Below are positions 8,753-18,973 of a DNA stretch of 37,074 bases, piece by piece (position 1 is the first letter of the stretch; the number at the start of each line of letters is the position of its first letter). The translations under genes and the position numbers were made by a program. The stretch is from Acidiferrobacterales bacterium. Its GTDB lineage: Bacteria > Pseudomonadota > Gammaproteobacteria > Arenicellales > Poriferihabitantaceae. The stretch is taken from positions 1-37,074 of the forward strand of contig JAHQWE010000135.1 in NCBI GenBank assembly GCA_019633985.1, read 5' to 3'. Under the pieces are notes generated by a model that was not told the origin of the DNA, ran no database searches, and saw only the letters and a list, made by a program, of their open reading frames with translations.

Positions 8753-9988
8753 ATGAGGTATTGCGGAATACAATGCACAGAGTATGGTCGACATCAATCG
8801 GAAGAGAGGTCAAGCTTGAAGCGTAATCCACAATCTGCAACTCCTGTAAAAGAAGTACTGAAGGATCTGGACATCGCCAACGGTCATTGTTTTGAAGACG
8901 CCGCGCCGATTCCTGCTTCCGCGAAGCATTCTTTGGATTTTTGCCAGCACGAGATTGATGCCATCTTTTCGAAGGAATGGATATGCATCGGGCGGGCGGA
9001 CGAATTACCAGATCCGGGAGACTACCTGACCCAAGATATCGCTGGCGTGTCCGTGATTATCGTCAAACAACGCTCTGGCGAAATTGCCGGATTCATTAAC
9101 GCTTGCGCGCATCGCCAAGCCTGTTTACTCGACAACAGCTCTGGTCACGCTAAAAAGATCACCTGCAGATACCATGCATGGAGCTACGATCTACAGGGAA
9201 AACTGATCTCCGCACCCTACATGGAGATGAAAGAAAATTTTGATCCGTCCAAGCATGCATTGCAGTCAATTCCGACTGAGATATGGGAGGGGTTTATCTA
9301 CGCCACATTATCTCAAAACCCGCAAACCAATTTGAAAAAATCGTTACTCCCCTTCAAACAAAAGGTGGTCGGACGCTACGGCATGAATTGCTATCAGACG
9401 GTTTTTCGCCGAACAATGAAATGGCATTCCAATTGGAAAAATCTGATCGAAAACTTTACTGAAAGCTACCATGTGCCGATGGTACACGGTGACACGTTTG
9501 CCAAACATGAAAAGCCCTTGCAGGCCTATGTATGCGGTGAAGATAGTGACTACTACGGATACCACTACGCTCCGCAAAAGTCTGACTCAGGTTTAGGTGC
9601 AGCGCATGCTAATAATAGCCGTCTGGAAGGGGAATGGAGAAGGACGATGGTAGATTTTTGCATATTTCCCTGTCACCTAGTGACCTTGATGCCAGACTAT
9701 CTCTGGTGGATATCTGTGCAACCGAGAGACGTAGACCAGCTGACTGCTCAATGGGGTGTTGCGCTACCGCCAGAAGTGCTCACCGACATTCCAGAAAATG
9801 ATTATCAACGATGGATTCGTGATTTCGAAACGTATATGGATGTGGCGAATGAAGAAGACAAAGAAATTGTGGAAGCTTTGCAAATTGGTACCGCCTCGCC
9901 AACTCTACCGCAGGGTTCACTCCATCCCCTTGAGCGCAATCTATGGCAATTCAATCAATATCTCGCTAAGAAATGTATACTGCGATAA
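8753..9988 (+). CDS. Rieske (2Fe-2S) non-heme iron oxygenase alpha subunit (GbcA/CntA/Stc2-like N-demethylase-type)
   Basis: Rieske motif CAHRQA...CRYHAW (CxH-x17-CxxH). Alpha-only size class of about 400 aa. The ORF track starts at a TTG (8732) that overlaps the upstream stop. The first ATG is at 8753. Confidence 0.85.
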   Translation: MRYCGIQCTEYGRHQSEERSSLKRNPQSATPVKEVLKDLDIANGHCFEDAAPIPASAKHSLDFCQHEIDAIFSKEWICIGRADELPDPGDYLTQDIAGVSVIIVKQRSGEIAGFINACAHRQACLLDNSSGHAKKITCRYHAWSYDLQGKLISAPYMEMKENFDPSKHALQSIPTEIWEGFIYATLSQNPQTNLKKSLLPFKQKVVGRYGMNCYQTVFRRTMKWHSNWKNLIENFTESYHVPMVHGDTFAKHEKPLQAYVCGEDSDYYGYHYAPQKSDSGLGAAHANNSRLEGEWRRTMVDFCIFPCHLVTLMPDYLWWISVQPRDVDQLTAQWGVALPPEVLTDIPENDYQRWIRDFETYMDVANEEDKEIVEALQIGTASPTLPQGSLHPLERNLWQFNQYLAKKCILR

Positions 9989-10079
9989 CAGCCTTGCCTC
10001 CGATTCAAACCCTGTCATGTGAGCCGGAATCGAAATATCAACATGCACTTTTCAGTTTCAGTCTCCACAAACAATAACG

Positions 10080-10817
10080 ATGAAGCTCGCTATTGATACA
10101 GTATGGTTCAATACTCAGCAAATTGCTGAGGGTCTAGTTTACTTCTATGAAAGACACTTACATCCCAAAGGGAGCGGCAACATCTGGTTAATAGAGGGGA
10201 GCGAAAGCTGTCTGTTATTTGATACTGGAACTGGAATTGGAGATCTTTCTAAGAAGGTATCAGAAATAACCCAAAAGCCACTAACCGCTGTTGCCTCGAC
10301 CGGGTACTACGACCACGCGGGCGGGCTTTATCAGTTTCAGAATCGTGCTGTGCATACCAATGAAGTGCATCGCATCAAAAGCCCCACTCCCAGAAACACC
10401 GTCTCGGATAAATATCTTGTTAGAGATTCTTTTAGCGCATTTCCTGACAACCACTTTAGTCCTGACAATTATGTGATGACCGGTTGCCACCCAACACAAA
10501 TTCTCCACGATGGCGACTATCTGGATATCGGAGATCGCGTCTTCGAGGTGCTCCATACACCTGGTGTCACAACAGGTTCCATCATGATGTACGAAAACAA
10601 AACTGGAATACTATTCAGTGGCGAATCCTTTTTCGACTCTACTCCTTTGTATGACGGAGAGCCAAAAGACGAAACTGATGATGCCGATCGCGACACTTAT
10701 AGAAGTTCAATGCAACGTTTACTCGGGTATGAAGTGACGACGGTCTACCCTGGCCATGGTGCACCAATCGACGGCATTCGAATGCGTCAGCTAATCCGGG
10801 GCTATCTCAACCGCTAA
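10080..10817 (+). CDS. MBL fold metallo-hydrolase
   Basis: Beta-lactamase-fold blocks LFDTGTG, YYDHAGG, HTPGVTTGS and a terminal PGHG. Confidence 0.7.
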   Translation: MKLAIDTVWFNTQQIAEGLVYFYERHLHPKGSGNIWLIEGSESCLLFDTGTGIGDLSKKVSEITQKPLTAVASTGYYDHAGGLYQFQNRAVHTNEVHRIKSPTPRNTVSDKYLVRDSFSAFPDNHFSPDNYVMTGCHPTQILHDGDYLDIGDRVFEVLHTPGVTTGSIMMYENKTGILFSGESFFDSTPLYDGEPKDETDDADRDTYRSSMQRLLGYEVTTVYPGHGAPIDGIRMRQLIRGYLNR

Positions 10818-10961
10818 GCGAGCGCCAGCTCTTCATTCGATTTTGTCTTCAGGTTTTCAGCAGTACGACCTTTTTAAAAATTTCACGCTCTTTTTGATTG
10901 AGAAAACGAGGAGTAAAAACGTCACTTATTGTCTGCGGTCTATCAATTCATTTCTACTCAA

Positions 10962-10997
10962 GTGTAACCCTCAGTCTGTCTTGACTGAGGGTTACAC
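10962..10997. repeat. perfect 15-bp inverted repeat (GTGTAACCCTCAGTC-6 nt-GACTGAGGGTTACAC) between convergent genes
   Basis: Seen directly. No flanking U-tract, so it may be a REP-like element, a non-canonical bidirectional terminator, or a protein-binding palindrome. It shares TGTAACC/GGTTACA ends with the palindrome at 22767. Confidence 0.6.
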
Positions 10998-11029
10998 ATA
11001 TAAATCACAATTAATCAATTTCCCTGTAA

Positions 11030-12139
11030 TTAAGGCGTCGCAAATTCAATTCTGCGGTTCCGTCGCTTGTTTTCGGGAGAATCATTTGGCACAAATGGAC
11101 GTGACTCTCCGTAGCCGATGGTGGAGATTCTTGCCGCATCGATCGATTTCGCTACAAAGTACGCTTTCACCGACTCAGCACGCTTCTCAGAAAGAGCCTG
11201 GTTCAATGCTTCGCCGCCGTCAGAGTCCGTATGTCCTGATACTTCAATCGCCATTCCAGGGCAGCGGGAAATGATATCGACAATACTATCGAGAATAAGT
11301 TGACTCCTCGGGTCGAGTATCGCACTGCTCGGTTGAAAATATATGTTGTCGGTACGGGAGAGAATTTCGAACCTCCCCTTGCACGCCTCGATACTGAAAT
11401 TACCCTCGGCTTCTAACGCCGCGCTTGCTGGAGCCTGCTGAACCGTCTCTGTCACTGCCGCGACACTCTCACTAGCGCCTCCGCTATCTCGTGCGAACAG
11501 AAGATCAAGAGAAACATTCGTAGAGGGCAGGATCGTCACATTGGCCGCTTCCATCAGCTTTTGCAAACCGCCACCCAAATTGAAGTCGTCCACCGCCAGG
11601 ATAATCGGGGAGCTCGTGGTCACAGAGATTAGATCATCACTGATGAGCGTGAACGCCAGCTCCGCTTCTAGGTTTGCTTTGACACCATGCAAGTCCAGCG
11701 TATAGGGAACTGAGGCAGTTTTCCTTCTGACGCTGGGTAGTTCTTGAAGAATCGCTGGGTCTAACTGTAGCGACACAATAGCCTCTGGGTATTGAAATGT
11801 CTCGAAGAAGAGGAAACGCATTCGGACGTTTCTCAAATCCACTTTGGTATCGATAGAATCCAACAGAATCTTCATCTCAGCGTTACCATCGGTACCGAGA
11901 GACCCAGACATGGTGGCAAACGAACTGGTTTCGATTTTGTTATTGTTCTTAATCGACTGAAATTGGATCGAAGATCCATTTGCCTGCAGCTGCCAGCTTG
12001 ACGCAGAAAGATCAGCGGTCGCCATGGCCGAAAATCCTAGCATTGCTGAAATCGTGAGGAACAGCGCCAGGAACCGCCCGCTATTGGAAATTCGGGAGAA
12101 ATTGCCCCCGCAGATTGGAAAAATAGCTATCACCTTCAT
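11030..12139 (-). CDS. OmpA family protein with an N-terminal YceI-like domain
   Basis: C-terminal OmpA_C motifs: NIYFQPSSAILD...GHTDSDGGEALNQALSEKRA...RRIEF. The N-terminal ~180 aa is YceI-like. The true start is probably an internal Met (MLGFSAMA signal peptide). Confidence 0.8.
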   Translation of the reverse strand: MKVIAIFPICGGNFSRISNSGRFLALFLTISAMLGFSAMATADLSASSWQLQANGSSIQFQSIKNNNKIETSSFATMSGSLGTDGNAEMKILLDSIDTKVDLRNVRMRFLFFETFQYPEAIVSLQLDPAILQELPSVRRKTASVPYTLDLHGVKANLEAELAFTLISDDLISVTTSSPIILAVDDFNLGGGLQKLMEAANVTILPSTNVSLDLLFARDSGGASESVAAVTETVQQAPASAALEAEGNFSIEACKGRFEILSRTDNIYFQPSSAILDPRSQLILDSIVDIISRCPGMAIEVSGHTDSDGGEALNQALSEKRAESVKAYFVAKSIDAARISTIGYGESRPFVPNDSPENKRRNRRIEFATP

Positions 12140-12329
12140 TTTTACCCCCTAGATAAGTATTTTGACGGCAAGTATAGCCACCTAAATCGATGTTGCAACG
12201 TGCAAACGTCACATCTTCTGACTTTCCGTGTAAAATAGCGCGTGGGGGAGCGTCTGTGGAACCGGCAATCATCGCAACTGGGAAGTTCAGTCGGTGTCAG
12301 ACGAAATCAACAAAATTCGAGACAATTCC

Positions 12330-13901
12330 ATGAATAAACGGATCATTTACTCCGTGGCATTGACTATCGCTATGATAGCAAGTGCTACAACCGGTATCGC
12401 TGCGGCATCAGATAAAATCGCTCTGATCGTTGGCAATAGTGCCTATTCGGCAGTAACGCCATTAGACAACCCAGTCCCGGATGCTGAGCTGATTTCAAGC
12501 AAGCTCGAATCGTTGGGGTTTGAGGTCACACTTCTCAAAGATTCCAGTCTCAATGACTTACGAGCAGGGATATCAGCGTTTGGCAAAAAATTGCGTGCTG
12601 GCGGCAAGGAAACCACCGGATTATTTTACTTCGCCGGACATGGGGTACAGTCCTTTGGAAACAACTATTTGTTGCCCGTCGATACCGAGCTAGAAGATGC
12701 CGCTGATCTGGATTTGGTGGCGTTGGAAGCGGGTTCTATTTTGCGACAAATGTTTTCCGCCAAGAACAAAACCAACATAGTGATTCTGGACGCATGTCGA
12801 AATAATCCTTTTGATCATATCCCTGAGTTCGGTGACAACGGTCTTGCGGAAATGAAGGCGCCGACCGGTACTTATCTCGCATACGCCACCAGTCCGGGAA
12901 ATGTTGCGCTCGATGGTTCAGGTGCAAATAGTCCGTTTACTTCGGCTTTGGCCAATGCGATGTCTACGCCTGGGCTGCCGATTGAACAGGTGTTTAAGCA
13001 GGTTCGGGTCAGCGTGTTGGAGCAAACTAACGGGATGCAAACACCATGGGATACCTCTTCATTAACGAACCAGTTTTATTTCAATGAGCCCATTGTCTTG
13101 AGCGAAGAGGAATTGGTTGAAAAAGGTTTATGGGAATCAGCCAAGTTATCGGATGATATGCTGCAAGTCATGCTGTTTCTCAGAAATTATCCGGAAGGCA
13201 GTTATTCGGACGAGGCGCGCCTGCTGCTTGCAGAAAAAGTCGCGGAGCTCCAAAAAGAGCCGCAGGATGGCACTGTCGCGCAACGAACGGCGAGCGAGAC
13301 TGAATCAGCGTCGGCCGCCAGTTCAACACAATCAGATCAATCCGCCGCATCCATTCCCTCGCAACCAGATCAATCCGAGCAAGCATTGATCGACAAGGCC
13401 CAGTCATCCGGGGCGTTGGAAGATTATCAAGCGTATGCGGATGCCTATCCGAATGGCGTCTATATTGAATTGGCGAAAACAGAAATCGTGTCCATGCTGG
13501 AGAAACTGCAGCCACAACAGGTTGAAGATCCTGACGCCAAAGACAAACCGGAAATAGAGGTTGCCGCGATAGAACCTACCTCAACGTCCGCCACACCGTC
13601 CGCCGCAGAGGCGATACGTTTTGATACCCCCATCTCGAGTGGGGAAGACGTCATCAGGGGCTTATCTCTTGCTGAACTGATTAAGGGAAAACCGCTGCAT
13701 TCTCCTATTGAAGGCTTACCGGAAGCGGCCTGGAAGGAACAAAGCTGCAGTGGCTGTCATCAGTGGAATAAGGACGCGCTATGCGCCCAAGCCAAGGTCT
13801 ATACGACTCCCAAGGGAGAAACGGCCCTGGCGAAGAAACATCCCTATGGGGGAGGCTTCAAACAATCCATGCGTATATGGGCGGCCGGAGGCTGTAGCTA
13901 G
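12330..13901 (+). CDS. secreted caspase family (peptidase C14) protein with a low-complexity linker and a C-terminal CXXCH cytochrome-c-like tail
   Basis: Signal peptide MNKRIIYSVALTIAMIASATTGIAAA. Caspase His/Cys dyad blocks IALIVGNSAYS...FYFAGHGVQ...IVILDACRNNPF. Q/S/D-rich linker. C-terminal CSGCHQW...KQSMRIW (CXXCH plus a downstream Met). The ORF track start (12294) is a GTG. The ATG lies at 12330. Confidence 0.85.
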   Translation: MNKRIIYSVALTIAMIASATTGIAAASDKIALIVGNSAYSAVTPLDNPVPDAELISSKLESLGFEVTLLKDSSLNDLRAGISAFGKKLRAGGKETTGLFYFAGHGVQSFGNNYLLPVDTELEDAADLDLVALEAGSILRQMFSAKNKTNIVILDACRNNPFDHIPEFGDNGLAEMKAPTGTYLAYATSPGNVALDGSGANSPFTSALANAMSTPGLPIEQVFKQVRVSVLEQTNGMQTPWDTSSLTNQFYFNEPIVLSEEELVEKGLWESAKLSDDMLQVMLFLRNYPEGSYSDEARLLLAEKVAELQKEPQDGTVAQRTASETESASAASSTQSDQSAASIPSQPDQSEQALIDKAQSSGALEDYQAYADAYPNGVYIELAKTEIVSMLEKLQPQQVEDPDAKDKPEIEVAAIEPTSTSATPSAAEAIRFDTPISSGEDVIRGLSLAELIKGKPLHSPIEGLPEAAWKEQSCSGCHQWNKDALCAQAKVYTTPKGETALAKKHPYGGGFKQSMRIWAAGGCS

Positions 13902-14040
13902 CTTATTTATTCGCCTGCTCTCGCAGATTGGATGACGAATGTCAGTAAACCACAAAGATTGTTCTAATCCTGCTCTGAAACAAACACGACATTTTATTCG
14001 GAGGGCATAATATACCCGCCTTTCAAAGCAGACATGCCCA

Positions 14041-15174
14041 ATGAACAAGCAATTCGAACGACCGGATAAGTCGCTGGATCAATTTGACCCCAACGCCGAA
14101 CAGTCATTCACAATGCCCGCACGGATCTATTGCGATCCTGATTTCCTGGAACAGGAAAAACGACAGGTGTTCTGGAAATCCTGGATTTATGCCGGACACA
14201 TTAGTGCGTTAAGAGAACCTGGCGATTACATTACCTTAGATCTGACTGGCCAAAGGCTCTTTGTAATCCGCCAGGCAGACGGCGAGCTCGGCGGTTTTTT
14301 TAACGTATGCCAACATCGCGGTCACTCGCTCCTCAAAGGTAGCGGGAAAGCCCATCGACTCATTGTTTGCCCTTATCATGGCTGGTCCTATGACCAGACC
14401 GGCAAACTGATAGCCGCCAACAACTGCGATCAGGTCGCCCAGTTTCGACGAGAGGATTTCAGTCTGCCTTCAATCCATGTCGATCAAATCGCCGGGTTTG
14501 TCTTTGTGAATCTTGACCCGCAGGCGAAGCCAATGCGAGAGGTCTATCCAGGTGCTGAAGATAAGCTGAGGGAATTTTGTTTGAAGCCTGAGACTCTCAT
14601 TGCCGACGAAAACGTCGATTTTGATATCAAGGGTAACTGGAAAAACGTGGGCGATAATCTACTAGAGTGCTATCACTGCTCCACCGCGCACAAAGCCTTC
14701 GTCGATTTAGTGGATATGAATACTTATAAAGTGGAAACTCATCGGTACTGGTCTATTCAGTATGGCACATGCAGGCCAAACAACACAGCTTATGCTTATG
14801 ATGGCGACCATGAGCGACAAACTTTTGTCACACTTTATCTCTGGCCCAATATGTCTTTCACGCAATTCCCGGGCACGAAAGGCCTCTCTGTTTTTGCGTT
14901 CTATCCAACTGGCGCCGAGGACACCCATCAGATTTTTGCCTATCATCGCCCGCAATCGGAACCCACAAGCGCGGAGAAAGCCGCATTGAAATATTTTGCT
15001 GATGTGCTTGGCCCGGAAGATGTGGATCTCGTTGAAGATGTGCAGAAAGGCTTACACTCTCTGGGCTACCATCAAGGTCGTATTATGGTGGATGCTAAGC
15101 GAAGTGAAATCAGCGAACACGCGCTACACCACTTTCAAAATCTGGTGATGTCAGAAATGACTGAGTTTATTTAG
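14041..15174 (+). CDS. Rieske (2Fe-2S) non-heme iron oxygenase alpha subunit (second paralog)
   Basis: Rieske motif CQHRGH...CPYHGW. Mononuclear-iron catalytic domain of about 377 aa. Confidence 0.85.
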   Translation: MNKQFERPDKSLDQFDPNAEQSFTMPARIYCDPDFLEQEKRQVFWKSWIYAGHISALREPGDYITLDLTGQRLFVIRQADGELGGFFNVCQHRGHSLLKGSGKAHRLIVCPYHGWSYDQTGKLIAANNCDQVAQFRREDFSLPSIHVDQIAGFVFVNLDPQAKPMREVYPGAEDKLREFCLKPETLIADENVDFDIKGNWKNVGDNLLECYHCSTAHKAFVDLVDMNTYKVETHRYWSIQYGTCRPNNTAYAYDGDHERQTFVTLYLWPNMSFTQFPGTKGLSVFAFYPTGAEDTHQIFAYHRPQSEPTSAEKAALKYFADVLGPEDVDLVEDVQKGLHSLGYHQGRIMVDAKRSEISEHALHHFQNLVMSEMTEFI

Positions 15175-15269
15175 CCTGGTCGATTGCTTCACGCAATCAG
15201 ATACAACTCTGAAAATCAATCCAGTGAAGTTGCGAGTAGTCAGCCCCTTTGTTTTCCGATGATGCGTGA

Positions 15270-16808
15270 TTAAATTCCTGCATCTGACGCCAATAGCTTA
15301 CCCAGCAGTCGCTCTACCGGAGCAAAGTTGTCCGTTAGCAATGGGGATCGCTTCTTTTTTACCTGCGTCTGTACGAATTCGTTAATCTGGTACCACTGGC
15401 TGTCTTGTGGTGAATCAATCATGATAGTTTCAACCGCAAAGGGTTTATTGGATGCGGTCAACACAAAGGTCAATCTTGTTTCCTCTTGCGCTGGTGGGGC
15501 AATCCAGACGCCAACATAGCTAAATTCCTGCTGCAGAGTGTGCAGCATCGCCGCAACAAGATTGTTATCGGGGAACACGTCGATCACGTTTGCAAGGTAG
15601 AGACCATGGTCAGCGAGTTTTGTCGAAACAAGTTTGACGTATTCTTGCGTTGTCAGATGAAAAGGGATACCAACGTCGTGAAAAACATCGGTCACAATCA
15701 CATCGAAAGCACTGCCCTCATATTGCTCAATCACTTTTCTGGTGTCTCTGTGGTGAATCTCCATTCCACTGGCATCGAGAAACAGGGCATCCTCAGCCAA
15801 TGCTGTGACGACAGGATCGATCTCACTCACCACAATATCTGAGTGGGGAAAACGATAAGCCACTGACCGTGGATGGGTATAGGCGCCACCGCCGGCAAAA
15901 AAATACCGCAGATTGGAGCGATCAGGAAAGCGTTGGTCGATCAATGCATCCATAACCTGAATATACGGCGTGATCAATAGACCGGGGTTATTCACCACGT
16001 TGGTGCTATGTACCATATGATCAAGAATCAGAGTGCGTGCAAACGTCTGGTTGTTACCATCTCGCTCGTCGACCACTCTCAAACAATAGAAACTGCTTTC
16101 CTTATTGCATGGACTGGTCAATCCATTGATGCCATAGGTAAAAGAAATCAAGGCGGTGAAAATCACAACGCTCGATAGGATATTGGCCTTATATCGGGGG
16201 CCCAAAAAAAAATACGGAATCGCTAACAGCAAAAGAATGATTCCAATCAGTAGCACAATACTCCTGGTTCCCAACCATTGAATGAGCACAAGGCCCGTTG
16301 CAAATGTGCCAATAATACTGCCAAAGGTCGCCAATGCATGCATCTGCCCAACGATCCTTCCGGTGCGATCACTGATTCGCAAATACAATGTCGTGACCAA
16401 AGGCGCGATCACACCCAACAATACCGCGGGCAGAAAAAACAGTATCAGAACATAGAAAAAACTGGCACTAATCAGATTCATATTCCGTAAGGCCTGACTA
16501 TTTCCGACTCCTACCAGTAGCGGTAGAACCAGTACCGAGGTCAATGAAGACGCCAACAGAAAAAAACCTGTTGCGCGATGGCCATACCCTTTTTCTGCCA
16601 TCACTCCTCCCCACCAGTTACCGAGAGACAAACCGGCAAGGATGACACCAATAATGGACGTCCATGTGTAAAGTGACACGCCAACATAGGGAGCAAGTAG
16701 TCTTCCCGCCACGATTTCCAGCGCGAGCAACATCGCTGACGAAGCGAATACGGTCAGGGAATACAAATACCCGAGATGATTCTTCTCTTCCGGGAGTGCT
16801 GTCGTCAC
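15270..16808 (-). CDS. fused membrane (MFS-like)/spermidine synthase-like protein
   Basis: N-terminal multi-TM region (LLALEIVAGRLLAPYVG...). C-terminal aminopropyltransferase/SAM-MTase-like fold (FFAGGGAYTHPR...VSEIDP...IVTDVF). Confidence 0.7.
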   Translation of the reverse strand: MTTALPEEKNHLGYLYSLTVFASSAMLLALEIVAGRLLAPYVGVSLYTWTSIIGVILAGLSLGNWWGGVMAEKGYGHRATGFFLLASSLTSVLVLPLLVGVGNSQALRNMNLISASFFYVLILFFLPAVLLGVIAPLVTTLYLRISDRTGRIVGQMHALATFGSIIGTFATGLVLIQWLGTRSIVLLIGIILLLLAIPYFFLGPRYKANILSSVVIFTALISFTYGINGLTSPCNKESSFYCLRVVDERDGNNQTFARTLILDHMVHSTNVVNNPGLLITPYIQVMDALIDQRFPDRSNLRYFFAGGGAYTHPRSVAYRFPHSDIVVSEIDPVVTALAEDALFLDASGMEIHHRDTRKVIEQYEGSAFDVIVTDVFHDVGIPFHLTTQEYVKLVSTKLADHGLYLANVIDVFPDNNLVAAMLHTLQQEFSYVGVWIAPPAQEETRLTFVLTASNKPFAVETIMIDSPQDSQWYQINEFVQTQVKKKRSPLLTDNFAPVERLLGKLLASDAGI

Positions 16809-16849
16809 AGGACTTTTAGTCTGTTTCGTTGAAAGAACTCAACAAGATA

Positions 16850-17416
16850 TTACACAAGCGGCATGCCGGTAAAATAACGATGCGCCCAGAACAAAACCAG
16901 ATAGACAATAACGACGACCACGACAAACCCAAGTTCAGCAAACAGTGGCGGTCTTTTCTCTAACGCGGGCTTCATCCCCCTGGCGTTACCCGTCATTATA
17001 CTGATCAGAGAGAAAACCAAGAAGCTTGCAAACAAAATCACATGGGCTTTATCGCCGTTGGCGAGCAAATGACCCGCAGACCAGACAACCACTCCCCAGT
17101 TCATCGGGTGGGCGCTGATCACTTTAGCAGAGGAAGGCGCAGGGCCGATCGAGGTAGAAAAAAACAGGTAGAGCGCTGGAAGCATGAGCAACATGTTCAG
17201 TCCGCGCCCCCATTCTGGTGGTGAGTAAATCACTTCAAATGGCGTACTCTTGAGACCGTAAACAATGAGAACCAGTCCTACCAAAGACAATAGGCTGAAC
17301 AACCCTTGATACATACCGCGACCGCCAGCGTCGATACATTTTTGCCGCAATGTTGGAAAGGATGGAACCAGATGCACAATAAAAAAGATCAATAACCCAC
17401 TCAGCAACAGACTCAT
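16850..17416 (-). CDS. NnrU-like integral membrane protein
   Basis: Hydrophobic protein of about 188 aa with five predicted helices. Resemblance to NnrU/DUF1295-type proteins is from recall only. Confidence 0.45.
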   Translation of the reverse strand: MSLLLSGLLIFFIVHLVPSFPTLRQKCIDAGGRGMYQGLFSLLSLVGLVLIVYGLKSTPFEVIYSPPEWGRGLNMLLMLPALYLFFSTSIGPAPSSAKVISAHPMNWGVVVWSAGHLLANGDKAHVILFASFLVFSLISIMTGNARGMKPALEKRPPLFAELGFVVVVVIVYLVLFWAHRYFTGMPLV

Positions 17417-17664
17417 GCTCTACTCTCCTAAAGATGTTTAATTCGTCTTTGTGCACCTATCTTATCGGGTATTTAACAGCGCCTCCAGCGAACTAAAAAA
17501 TACGCTCTCTTGAACGAACGGCAAGACTAGAGAGAAGTAGGCGCACTGACCTTAGTCAGACCAGGTGAAAATCGCACATCAAAATATATCCGCTCGAATT
17601 TTTCCCGCGGATAAAAAAATGTCACAATTCGCTTTGGTACCGCCCCCTCAATCACCACATCAAG

Positions 17665-18792
17665 ATGAAGATTACAGATATTCGAGTCACGCCAATTCGG
17701 TTACCACTGAAAACACCCTACATCTGGTCACAGGGTGTGGAAGAGGCGTTCACGGTCAACCTCATCGAAATGGAAGCGGCTGACGGCACAATCGGATATG
17801 GTGAGACCACAACCGCCCCAGATGCTAATGCACAAAAACTGGTTATCGAAAAACTGACGCACCATTTCATTGGCCACTCCGTTTTTGACTATGCACAATG
17901 TGAACAAACCGCATTCCGCTCCCATTTTCTCACCTTCGGCGCCAATATGCCGCGCTATGCGAATCAGATGTTTTGTGGATTGGAAATGGCATCGCTGGAT
18001 TTAATCGGAAAGATCTTGCAAAGGCCGGTATGGGATTTGCTCGGTGGACAAAGGCGATCTGCGGTTAGCTATTTCTACTTTCTTCAAGGCAGTACTGTCA
18101 AAGCACTTGCAGACGACGCCAAAACCGCAGTGCAATCCGGCTACCCGGTGTTATATCTCAAAGTCGGAGTTAACGAAGCGCACGATATTAGCGCTGTGAC
18201 CGCCGTTCGAGAGATTGTTGGAAAACATCGCCTTCGCCTGGATGCCAATGAAGCCTGGGATCCTGCTACTGCACTGCGTATGATGAAGCTGCTCGAACCT
18301 TTTGATGTTGAATATATTGAGCAGCCAACCCCGAGCTGGTCCCTACAGGCCTTAAAACAGGTTAAGGAGCGAACGGCCGTTGCGTTGGGTGCGGACCAGA
18401 GTGTTTTCACGCTTCACGATGTTTATCAAGCATGTGCTACGGGCGCCGCAGATATGATTGCGGTAGGACCGCGAGAAGTGGGTGGACTCAAACCGATGAT
18501 CAAGGCCGCCGCGATCGCAGAAGGCGCAGGTCTGAACATCTGTATTCATTCGAGTATGACCACGGGTATCACTACCTGTGCAGAGCATCATGTTGCCCGA
18601 GCCATTCCGAATCTTGATGATGGCAATCAAATCATGTGGCAATTGTTAAGCGACAATATCGTAAGCTCACCCGAGCTCACGCCAGTAAGGGGCGTTCTTT
18701 CACTGGATCCAAAACCTGGGCTGGGCTTTGAATTGGATATAGACGTCCTCAAAAACGCCGCTGAGAGGCACCGACGTTTTGCTGGTGGATAA
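17665..18792 (+). CDS. mandelate racemase/muconate lactonizing enzyme family protein (enolase superfamily; HpbD-like betaine epimerase candidate)
   Basis: Capping domain MKITDIRVTPIRLPL...GYGETT. Barrel domain with LKVG, RLDANEAWD and IEQP metal-ligand-type blocks. About 375 aa. Confidence 0.85.
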   Translation: MKITDIRVTPIRLPLKTPYIWSQGVEEAFTVNLIEMEAADGTIGYGETTTAPDANAQKLVIEKLTHHFIGHSVFDYAQCEQTAFRSHFLTFGANMPRYANQMFCGLEMASLDLIGKILQRPVWDLLGGQRRSAVSYFYFLQGSTVKALADDAKTAVQSGYPVLYLKVGVNEAHDISAVTAVREIVGKHRLRLDANEAWDPATALRMMKLLEPFDVEYIEQPTPSWSLQALKQVKERTAVALGADQSVFTLHDVYQACATGAADMIAVGPREVGGLKPMIKAAAIAEGAGLNICIHSSMTTGITTCAEHHVARAIPNLDDGNQIMWQLLSDNIVSSPELTPVRGVLSLDPKPGLGFELDIDVLKNAAERHRRFAGG

Positions 18793-18920
18793 AGTTGCGT
18801 ATTGAGGTCGGTTGTTTAAAGAATGTGGGATTCCGCTATTTAGACAGGTTTAGAATCCGCGTTCGCCCATGATCCGCAAGATATATCGGTATTGTGACAA
18901 GCTGGAAGCCCAGAATGAAT

Positions 18921-18951
18921 GATGCCCACAGAGCACGCTCATGTGGGCATC
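18921..18951. repeat. 10-bp inverted repeat hairpin (GATGCCCACA-11 nt-TGTGGGCATC) between convergent genes
   Basis: Seen directly. No clear U-tract. Confidence 0.4.
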
Positions 18952-18973
18952 CAGACAAACAGAAAAACCAGAA

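Noticed and set aside
13117-13515. Overlapping ORFs (90 aa plus strand, 111 aa minus strand) within the caspase gene's linker region
   Set aside because: They arise from the low-complexity Q/S/D/P-rich linker coding sequence. No independent evidence.
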